Source: a virus. Taken from it: a stretch of 64,000 bases of DNA. Under the pieces are notes generated by a model. That model made no database searches. It was not told the DNA's origin and saw only the letters and a program-made list of their open reading frames with translations. Shown piece after piece: positions 31,807 through 38,586 of the stretch. Position 1 is the first letter of the stretch. Every line of letters begins with the position of its first letter. The position numbers were made by a program, and so were the translations under genes. The stretch spans positions 5,921 through 69,920 of IMG/VR virus record IMGVR_UViG_3300042887_000598; one strand, written 5' to 3'.

Positions 31807-32280
31807 TCATTCATATTTTGGTTTGTTGTGTCTATGCCATTCTTTGTGGCACTTTTCACACAACCATCTAACGTCGAGTGGTTTTGTGTAGTCATCGTGG
31901 TGTCCTTCAATTTTTTCTGTTGATCCACAAACGGAGCAATTGCTTGTTCGGATTAGCTTGCCATCACGAATTGCGTTACCTGTGATGACATGGGCTGCAT
32001 ATCTCATTGGGTATCTTTCGTGATAGGCCTTGATTCCTCGGCGGTGCGCCTCTTTTCCTTGCTCTGTTTTTGCGTACTCTTTTCTTGCCCTGATTCGATG
32101 CGGTTGATTGGATCGCAGCTTGTCGTAGGCTTGAATTTTTTCCAGATTTGCCTCTCGGTGTTTTGTCACTCTTGACTTAACGCATTCGATGCACTTGTTG
32201 AGGTGCCCGTCTGCCATTTTTGAGTGTTTGTAAAAATCAGAGAGGGGCTTCTCTGCGTTGCACTCTCGACATACCTTCAT
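31807..32280 (-). CDS. HNH-type endonuclease / Zn-finger protein
   Basis: CREC...CIEC N-terminus; CSVC...EGHHDDYTKPLDVRWLCEKCHKEWH. Confidence 0.75.
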   Translation of the reverse strand: MKVCRECNAEKPLSDFYKHSKMADGHLNKCIECVKSRVTKHREANLEKIQAYDKLRSNQPHRIRARKEYAKTEQGKEAHRRGIKAYHERYPMRYAAHVITGNAIRDGKLIRTSNCSVCGSTEKIEGHHDDYTKPLDVRWLCEKCHKEWHRHNKPKYE

Positions 32281-32318
32281 GATTGCTCCTTAAAACGGTA
32301 TGCAAAGAGTATACCATT

Positions 32319-32708
32319 CTAAAATGGCACGTCGTCGCTCATGTCATCAATATCTGCCTGTGCTGGAGTGGGTGCTTGGCGGCGCTCTTCCTGCGGCTCG
32401 GATTCCTTGCGCCCACCTTGCAGCGCAATCTCGCTCACACGCACGTCCATCGACTTGCGCTTGTTGCCTTCTTTGTCTTGCCATTCGCGCTCAGTGATGG
32501 TGCCGACCACGGTGACAGACTGACCTTTGGTGAGGTACTGAGACAGCGCCTCAGCACGCTTACCGAATAGAGAGCAGTTCCACCAGATTGTGGGCTTGTC
32601 ACGACCTTGGCTGTCGGCCACAGAGAAGCTGCAGATGGGGTCGCCGTTGTTCAGGTATTTGATTTCAGCGTCACGGCCCAAGCCGCCAGCGATGGTGATT
32701 ACGTTCAT
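32319..32708 (-). CDS. ssb: single-stranded DNA-binding protein
   Basis: GGLGRDAEIKY, WWNCSLFGKRAE, YLTKGQSVTVVG, acidic tail ending DDVPF. Confidence 0.93.
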   Translation of the reverse strand: MNVITIAGGLGRDAEIKYLNNGDPICSFSVADSQGRDKPTIWWNCSLFGKRAEALSQYLTKGQSVTVVGTITEREWQDKEGNKRKSMDVRVSEIALQGGRKESEPQEERRQAPTPAQADIDDMSDDVPF

Positions 32709-33406
32709 GCTTGCTCCTTGAATTTGTTGCGTGCTGTTTTGAATTCTTCCATGAGAGCGTCGTATGCAGAGCTACCCGGCTCCGCCTTCATGCGGTCATA
32801 GACGTTCTTGTTGGTTCTAAACAAACTCATGACCTCGGCCTCTGCGGTGCATTGCTCAAGACCCAACTTGGTTGCGTCCATCACGATGCTGGCCCAGTCT
32901 GCAAACTCACCTTGTGGCTCAATTGAAACCTTGAGTTGCCATGGGCCCTCCTTGCCTTCAATCTTGGCTGGAGGCGGCGATGCCTTGGCTGGTACAGCGG
33001 GTTGCGCTACCGGCTTTGCTGGTACTGCCTTGGGCTTAGCTGCGCTGTTGCCGTCATCGTCCTCGGGGGCTATGCCGCAGGCAGTCATTAGGCTGTATCG
33101 CCTCGCGTATGTCAACGCGCTGCCGTAGCCTTGTGCGTCATGCTTTGTAGCAGGGACGTGCAGCTTGCCGCTGCTGATCTGCTCGCCAGAGGAGTGGATA
33201 AAGATGGTCTCCACGATCACGCCGTTGTCGCACTCGTGCGTTGGCTGCATCATGAAGATGTCGTTGTTGTTCAGCGCATCAATGACAGCTTCAACGCAAG
33301 CAGACAGGTCTGCATAGCGGCTACGGAATGCCGGATTGGTGCTGGTCTTGAGTGCAGGGCCAAACTCTTTCTGAGCCTTGACCAGTGCTGATGCGATTTC
33401 TTTCAT
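32705..33406 (-). CDS. ERF-family single-strand annealing protein
   Basis: ALVKAQ...NPAFRSRYADL...QGYGSALTYARRYSL...GIAPEDDDGN; likely start MKEIASAL. Confidence 0.9.
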   Translation of the reverse strand: MKEIASALVKAQKEFGPALKTSTNPAFRSRYADLSACVEAVIDALNNNDIFMMQPTHECDNGVIVETIFIHSSGEQISSGKLHVPATKHDAQGYGSALTYARRYSLMTACGIAPEDDDGNSAAKPKAVPAKPVAQPAVPAKASPPPAKIEGKEGPWQLKVSIEPQGEFADWASIVMDATKLGLEQCTAEAEVMSLFRTNKNVYDRMKAEPGSSAYDALMEEFKTARNKFKEQA

Positions 33407-33597
33407 CGTGCTTCCTTGTGTTGTTGGTTCTTGGGGTGGAGTAGCCATTTGTCACCGAGCAACTCAATGGACCTCAGGCGCTTCTCTTCGTTGCGACCTC
33501 GGATGTATTCAATCAGCTCGGGGGTTACTGGCCCGTGCATTGGGTCAGCACTGATTGGGTTGACGTCAAACGTCTGGAAAAAATCTTTAACTTTCAT
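33403..33597 (-). CDS. hypothetical protein
   Basis: 64-aa ORF with GGAGG RBS, coupled to ERF. Confidence 0.6.
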   Translation of the reverse strand: MKVKDFFQTFDVNPISADPMHGPVTPELIEYIRGRNEEKRLRSIELLGDKWLLHPKNQQHKEAR

Positions 33598-33815
33598 GCT
33601 GCCTCCTTAGCTGCTTTGCGGTCTGCCCAACTCTTCTTCATGCGCTCAGATGCTGCCACTCTATTTGCATCCGTCCAGACGCGGCTGTTGCGCTTTTTTC
33701 TCACGAATGGCTGCGGTTTTTCTTTTGCAATCAAAATAAAAAGGTCTCTAACTTCTGCCTGCAATCTGCGGATAGCAAGTTGCATTTCATTTTTTTCTGC
33801 GCGTGAAATGAACAT
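33594..33815 (-). CDS. hypothetical basic protein
   Basis: 73-aa ORF with AGGAG RBS. Confidence 0.55.
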   Translation of the reverse strand: MFISRAEKNEMQLAIRRLQAEVRDLFILIAKEKPQPFVRKKRNSRVWTDANRVAASERMKKSWADRKAAKEAA

Positions 33816-33827
33816 GATGCGCTCCTT

Positions 33828-34040
33828 TTATACGTCGAGCTCAGACTGGGCTGTTTCGCCGTAGGTCTCGACCTTGACGCCGTTGCTCAGTGCTTGGACC
33901 AGATCATCTTGCGATGCGACCTTGGCGCTGAATGCAGACTTGGCTACGTGCGTGATGGCTTGTGATGCCACTGTCGCTTTGACCAAACGTGTTGCGCCAT
34001 CAGTGCTAGTGACAATGTAGATGCGGGTTGATGTTGCCAT
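33828..34040 (-). CDS. hypothetical protein
   Basis: 70-aa ORF with GGAGA RBS. Confidence 0.65.
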   Translation of the reverse strand: MATSTRIYIVTSTDGATRLVKATVASQAITHVAKSAFSAKVASQDDLVQALSNGVKVETYGETAQSELDV

Positions 34041-34945
34041 TAGATTTCTCCTTGAGTTGGCTTGGTTGAAAGATACTTTTTATGCTGCGAACAAAATGCA
34101 GCGACTTGGCAAAACCCTTCGCAGCGTGTGCGTGCGCCGGGCCTGTGCTCGATGAGGAAGGTTTCACCCTTCTTTGCTTTTTCGTTGGCCTGAGCCAGTG
34201 CGCGTTCGGCGTCTTCTCGTTTCTCGTGGACGCTCTTAGCCCTGACTCCGCCATCCTTTTTCACAGCAAAGTATTCAGGCTTCTCCCACATCTCTTCTGG
34301 CGTGCATTCCGCGACATCACTGCCCACCTCAATGTCGAAGAAGGCTGACTCCTGCAAGTGGATGCGCTGCTTGATGTATTCGTCTTGGCGCTCCACCGGC
34401 CACAGAGGGATGTCGATCACCACGATGGGTGCCTTGGGGTATCCCTCGCGTCCAGTGTCGCGGCGTGCCCAGTCACGGACGATGGCAACGATCTGCAGCT
34501 TCTTGACTGTCACGCCCTTGGCCTTGTGCAGCAAGTAAGCGTAGCAGTTCAACTGGTTGTGCCAATCTTGCTTTTCATTCATGACGGTCCATGCACCAAC
34601 AGTTTTATAGTCCGACAAAACAACGCCATCCTCATGCACCTCTTGCAGATCAATTGCACCAGAGATGTTCATGCCGCCAATTTGGATGTGTATGCGCTCT
34701 TCAACAATGTGGTTTTCATCCTTACCGTGCTCAAGAATGTTATGGATGGCTGTTCCAAAAATTGACCAAACCATGTCCGAAGAATCTTCTTCCAGTTCGT
34801 CCCAGTGCCTTCTTTTTAGCTGGACAATTCTTGGGCTCGTCATAAGCTCCGTGACTGACAAGTTTGCTTTCCCTTTTGAATATTGCGGCCTTTTTAGGAC
34901 ATTCAAAATTGTTTCTGGAAGCCCGTGTTTATTGGTCAACTTCAT
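34040..34945 (-). CDS. PD-(D/E)XK (Cas4/RecB-like) exonuclease
   Basis: SVTEL..PR, GTAIH..LE, ISGAIDL...DYKT, QLNCY, C-terminal RC..FC.VA.FC; in an operon with ERF and SSB. Confidence 0.85.
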   Translation of the reverse strand: MKLTNKHGLPETILNVLKRPQYSKGKANLSVTELMTSPRIVQLKRRHWDELEEDSSDMVWSIFGTAIHNILEHGKDENHIVEERIHIQIGGMNISGAIDLQEVHEDGVVLSDYKTVGAWTVMNEKQDWHNQLNCYAYLLHKAKGVTVKKLQIVAIVRDWARRDTGREGYPKAPIVVIDIPLWPVERQDEYIKQRIHLQESAFFDIEVGSDVAECTPEEMWEKPEYFAVKKDGGVRAKSVHEKREDAERALAQANEKAKKGETFLIEHRPGARTRCEGFCQVAAFCSQHKKYLSTKPTQGEI

Positions 34946-35639
34946 CTTTTTTCTCCTTCTGTTTTGCCAAAAACGCCAGCCTTGATTGGCGCATTTTTTC
35001 TCTTGCCTCCGGGGTGTATCTGTACCCTGTTTTTGACCAAGATAGCTTTGTTCTCATCGTCTCTGATTTTGGTTTTCCCATGTGAGCTTTTGAAAGTTTT
35101 TCTTTGTGCTCATCTGTGAGCTTCACGCCCTTTTTTGAGGCAATCATTTTTGCCATTGCTTCCGGGTTTACGCTAACGTGCTTCGCCATCATTGCTGCCT
35201 TTACGTGACTCAGCATTGGCCTGCCCTTGTTTGGCGACGGCTTACCGAACAGAGGATGGTTTTCCCCTTTCATGCGTTCGGAAATTTTTTTCCTAAATTC
35301 TGGAGATTGGCTTTGCTGCCTAATTCGCGCAACATGCTTTTCGTATTGCTCTGGCGGCATTTTCCTTCCAGAGTTTCCCTCGCCTCCGTTCGTCATATTG
35401 GTAAGGCGGCACCCCATGTCTTTGAAGCATAAGATCAAAAATTTCTCATGCTCAAATGCCTCTTGCTCGGTGTTCCACCCTGCGCAAATCTCAACAACTT
35501 TTCCATGCTTGTTTGCAACGCTCTTCCAAAAATTGCTTCGACCGGACGCGGTCCTTGCTCGCGTAATGCTTCCTTTGCCGACATAAAAAACAGAGCCGTC
35601 ATCCGCCTGACGATGGATGTATGTGTAGAAGAGTTTCAT
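34929..35639 (-). CDS. GIY-YIG homing endonuclease with NUMOD3 repeats
   Basis: YTYIHR...FYVGKG, LTNMTNGGEG, HPLFGK, EHKEKLSKAHMGK; likely start MKLFYTY. Confidence 0.85.
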   Translation of the reverse strand: MKLFYTYIHRQADDGSVFYVGKGSITRARTASGRSNFWKSVANKHGKVVEICAGWNTEQEAFEHEKFLILCFKDMGCRLTNMTNGGEGNSGRKMPPEQYEKHVARIRQQSQSPEFRKKISERMKGENHPLFGKPSPNKGRPMLSHVKAAMMAKHVSVNPEAMAKMIASKKGVKLTDEHKEKLSKAHMGKPKSETMRTKLSWSKTGYRYTPEAREKMRQSRLAFLAKQKEKKDEVDQ

Positions 35640-36001
35640 TTTGCTCTTCCCATTTCTGCTGCTGCGCGGACGATGGCTAGGCGGGTTGCGGCGTAAGGGT
35701 TTTTTCCGTGCGGCACTACACACCGCATTTGATGCTGGATTTCATTTAAGTAAAAAACGACAGCCTCTTTACCGACTTCCGTGTATCCCCGGCTAACAAT
35801 CAAATCCAACCTCACCGCCAGTCGTAGCGCATCGCCATCGTCTGTGAGGGGGTCAAACCATCTTCTAGGCCATTCATCTGCTTTTGTCATGAAGCCAATA
35901 AATCGGTTATCACCTTGCTTGGTTACGTTGTCTATCTGCATGGGGATGATTTCAACGCCAGCCGCCTTTGCAGCCAGTTCCAATAGTTCTTTGTCAGTCA
36001 T
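35636..36001 (-). CDS. conserved phage hypothetical protein
   Basis: ELLELAAKAAG...FDPLTDDGDALRLAV...ATRLAIVRAAAEMG. Confidence 0.75.
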   Translation of the reverse strand: MTDKELLELAAKAAGVEIIPMQIDNVTKQGDNRFIGFMTKADEWPRRWFDPLTDDGDALRLAVRLDLIVSRGYTEVGKEAVVFYLNEIQHQMRCVVPHGKNPYAATRLAIVRAAAEMGRAK

Positions 36002-36234
36002 CCTTCACGCTCCATCGCCATGGTCTGCTTGTGTACTGCCATGAACAGGCTCACTACGTCGTGCAAGCTCATGCCCATTGCGGATGTGTATTGCGACAGC
36101 ATGATGGCTACTGCGGTGGCTGCTGTGCCGCCAGTGTGGTCTGCGTCGTCAAGGATCAGTGGACCAAACTTGTTGGAAATCTGAATCGCTCTGACAAGAA
36201 TTGCTATCTCGTCTTTTCTTTCGTCTTCAGTCAT
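35998..36234 (-). CDS. hypothetical protein
   Basis: 78-aa ORF with GGAGG RBS, overlapping both neighbours. Confidence 0.6.
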   Translation of the reverse strand: MTEDERKDEIAILVRAIQISNKFGPLILDDADHTGGTAATAVAIMLSQYTSAMGMSLHDVVSLFMAVHKQTMAMEREG

Positions 36235-36706
36235 TGCTTCCTCCTAATGCGTTTTGAAGCTCTTTGTTCTTCACCTTCATCATTCCGGCGAGCATGGAAA
36301 TCTTTGCTTGCGCATCTGCGTTCTTTGCCCTGCCGGAGTCAGTCAACATCTCTGTCTTTGTGAAGCTGACGGACATGGCCATCTTCTTCATCTCACGACC
36401 GATTGCCTTGATGCCAGTGTCCACCGCGTACTGGGTCTGAGACTCCGGCTCAATGATCACGTAAGAGCCTTTGTTGTCGGACGCCAAGAGCATGCAGTGC
36501 GCTGTCAACAAGATGTCCTTAATCTCTGATGTGCATTGCAAGAGCTCGAGGTCATGCCGACGGACATCCTCAATACTCTCCGGTGGCTTCACATTGCAAA
36601 GCTCGGCGATGCGCTTTCTGCTGATGGTGCTACCGTAGGTGATGCCCTCATCAATCAGAACCTTGACGGCCTGCTTCCAAGCCGGGAACAGTGTTGTCTC
36701 TTGCAT
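36227..36706 (-). CDS. partner protein of the RAMP-like gene (possible winged-helix plus coiled coil)
   Basis: 159 aa; start overlaps the RAMP-like stop (TGATG); YGSTISRKRIAELC...NKGSYVII. Confidence 0.7.
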   Translation of the reverse strand: MQETTLFPAWKQAVKVLIDEGITYGSTISRKRIAELCNVKPPESIEDVRRHDLELLQCTSEIKDILLTAHCMLLASDNKGSYVIIEPESQTQYAVDTGIKAIGREMKKMAMSVSFTKTEMLTDSGRAKNADAQAKISMLAGMMKVKNKELQNALGGSND

Positions 36707-37275
36707 CAGACGAACTCCACATTGAAGCGGCCAAAACGTGGGCGATAGTCACCCAAACCAATGAGAGCTCCAGCATCTTGCACGGCCTTCTTCACCTCGT
36801 TGATGTTGACCACTTCCTCGTTGACAACGATGGTTGCGTTCAGTGACCACTTGCGCAGGATGGGGCGGTAGCGCATGATCTTTGCCATGCCAACCTTGAC
36901 GCCACGGCAGTCAACGTGCTCTGGGTCATTCCAAAGTTGCTCAGGTGTTTTCTTTTCGTAGCCTGTGAATACAAGATCATCCTCCAGCACCTGCACGCCT
37001 TGCTTGAACTTCACGCCGAGCTTTTGCATCTTGGCTGCGGCGATCAGGCACGCATCAAGGTTTTGTGCTGGCAAGAAGAAGCCAACATCCTTGCGCCAGT
37101 AGCAGCCGCCGATGAACTCACTGCGTGCGATGGCGGTGTGGTCGTCGTCTGTTTTCTTGCGTTTGCTGGTCAGCTCTTTGTGAGCCTTGGCAAGTGGGTC
37201 GAGCGGGTTTGCGAAACGGTCCGAGTGCATGAGCAAAGGGGCCTTACCTGTCAGTTGAACTGCGATTGTTTTCAT
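36706..37275 (-). CDS. stand-alone Cas7/RAMP-like RNA-binding protein (Vipr-like effector)
   Basis: 189 aa from ATG 37275 (AAGGAAAAC RBS). N-terminal strand VQLTGKAPLLMH; FLPAQNLDACL resembles RAMP IPGSSLKG; C-terminal Gly-rich loop IGLGDYRPRFGRF. Motif-level recognition only. Confidence 0.75.
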   Translation of the reverse strand: MKTIAVQLTGKAPLLMHSDRFANPLDPLAKAHKELTSKRKKTDDDHTAIARSEFIGGCYWRKDVGFFLPAQNLDACLIAAAKMQKLGVKFKQGVQVLEDDLVFTGYEKKTPEQLWNDPEHVDCRGVKVGMAKIMRYRPILRKWSLNATIVVNEEVVNINEVKKAVQDAGALIGLGDYRPRFGRFNVEFV

Positions 37276-37295
37276 GATGTTTTCCTTGGTTAATT

Positions 37296-37862
37296 GATGC
37301 ACGCTTTGCATCGAGATGACACCTCATTGAAGTGTCATAACGCTACATCAGCCCTCGCCGCGCCACTCCCGGCCTTTCCGTTTCACGCCGTGCCTTGCCA
37401 GTTGGTGTTGCCACCGAGGTGAGCTCTCATTGAAAACTCACGACGCTGTAAACAGCCCATACCGCGCCGGTCCTTTGCCCGCCCAGCCTGACCTGTGCTT
37501 GCCGATCCTCTTGGTGTTGCCACCGAAATAGTTCCTCACCGAAGAACCATCACGCTGTTAACAGCCCAAGCCGCGCCTCTCCAATCCTTGCCTCTCCGGG
37601 TCTCGCCCATGCTCTGCACGTCTTGCCTTTGCGGTCCAGTGCTCGGATAGCACTCAGAAAGATTTCTCCTTCTGGCTGTTATCAGCCCTAGCCAGTCCCG
37701 ACCTCGCCATGCCTTTCCTAGTCACGCTACGCAATGCCGTATGGTGTTACCACCGAAATGACTTCTTCTCAAAAGCCATCCCACTGTTAACAGCCCCTGT
37801 CATGCCGTTCCCTTGCAAACCCGGCCTAGCCTAGGCCAGAGAATCAATTATCAGGTAGGTTG
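37296..37862 (-). ncRNA. array of five putative guide RNAs: (triplet+NN)n pentamer tracts separated by three-hairpin linkers (VIPR-like)
   Basis: No ORF >=60 aa in 37312-37812. Five tracts with strict 5-nt period (37355-37399, 37459-37508, 37568-37637, 37689-37738, 37797-37833), each ending GGGCTG on the minus strand; GGTG-GNAA-CACC hairpin in three linkers. Confidence 0.85.
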
Positions 37863-37868
37863 GACTCG

Positions 37869-37898
37869 ATTGTATCTGCTATATATCAGGTTCGTCAA
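37869..37898 (-). promoter_or_regulatory. sigma70-type promoter for the array and RAMP operon
   Basis: Minus strand TTGACG (37898-37893), 18 nt, TACAAT (37874-37869). A divergent TACAAT at 37906-37911 lies in an ATTGTATC/GATACAAT inverted repeat. Confidence 0.65.
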
Positions 37899-37945
37899 CA
37901 GCCGATACAATATATTTTCAAATTATTTTCATAAGGACAAACCCT

Positions 37946-38230
37946 ATGAGACGAGCCGCCCGAAGAGACGACAACGAGCAGGAGATCATCAAGGCCATGC
38001 GTGCCGAGGGTGCGTATGTGAAGGTGATCAATGACGAAGGGCTGTTTGACTTGCTGGTGAGCCACCGTGGCGAGACTTTGCTGGTCGAGGTGAAGGACGG
38101 CTCGAAGCCACCATCGGCCAGACGGCTGACGGAGGCGGAGCAGAAGTTCCATGACGAGTGGCCGGGATCAGACCTGTACATCGTGAACAGTGTGGAAGAG
38201 GCCATTGCCCTGCTGCGCACTTGCGGCTAA
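37946..38230 (+). CDS. VRR-NUC / Holliday-junction-resolvase-like PD-(D/E)XK nuclease
   Basis: RAARRDDNEQEI...FDLLV...LVEVKDGSK...LTEAEQKF. Confidence 0.8.
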   Translation: MRRAARRDDNEQEIIKAMRAEGAYVKVINDEGLFDLLVSHRGETLLVEVKDGSKPPSARRLTEAEQKFHDEWPGSDLYIVNSVEEAIALLRTCG

Positions 38231-38270
38231 ACTACAGGCGGATTTCATGGCGGTTCTCCTTGATGAACTT

Positions 38271-38300
38271 ACCCCCACCTCAGACGTGGGGGTTTCTTTC
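38271..38300 (+). terminator. rho-independent terminator
   Basis: ACCCCCAC-ctcagac-GTGGGGGT followed by TTCTTTC. Confidence 0.6.
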
Positions 38301-38302
38301 AG

Positions 38303-38372
38303 GGCCATCACGCATGAGGATTGTCCTCTGGGAATTCCCGGAGGCCCGGAACAGTCTTCAGTCGTGATGGTC
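38303..38372 (+). ncRNA. structured RNA resembling the c4-2 motif
   Basis: ggccatcacgcatgaggattgt...acagtcttcagtcgtgatggtc nested stems; family assignment from memory of the consensus. Confidence 0.45.
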
Positions 38373-38458
38373 AAGCGCAACACTCGCGTCGGACTGGGGG
38401 TTCTCGGTTGCCATCAACCCTCTTGCACGCCAGCGGACTTCTTTGATATACTGGAGGC

Positions 38459-38586
38459 GCTAGGTGTGGAAACCAAGCAAGCAATCAAAGCCATCAGGCC
38501 AGACTCCGACCCCGAATGGGGTAGCGCACCGCCCATAAAGCGGAGTGTTTTTCCACCGGGGTCTGACTTGATGGCTTTTTTGTTTT
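38459..38586 (+). promoter_or_regulatory. long hairpin plus U-tract (attenuator-like; possible C4 target leader)
   Basis: aaagccatcaggccagactccg pairs with cggggtctgacttgatggcttt, then TTTTGTTTT; upstream GTGGAAA is complementary to internal TTTCCAC. Confidence 0.5.

Noticed and set aside
34040-34945. CRISPR adaptation Cas4
   Set aside because: Context with ERF and SSB indicates an ordinary phage recombination exonuclease; no cas1/cas2
37276-37311. ORF-track N-terminal extension of the RAMP-like gene (MQSVHQLTKENI)
   Set aside because: It overlaps the last array hairpin; the RBS AAGGAAAAC points to ATG 37275
37296-37862. Canonical CRISPR array or TIGR (box C/D) array
   Set aside because: The repeats are not identical 23-47 bp units, the variable parts have an internal 5-nt period, no cas1/cas2 is present, and neither box C/D motifs nor a Nop-domain protein is evident
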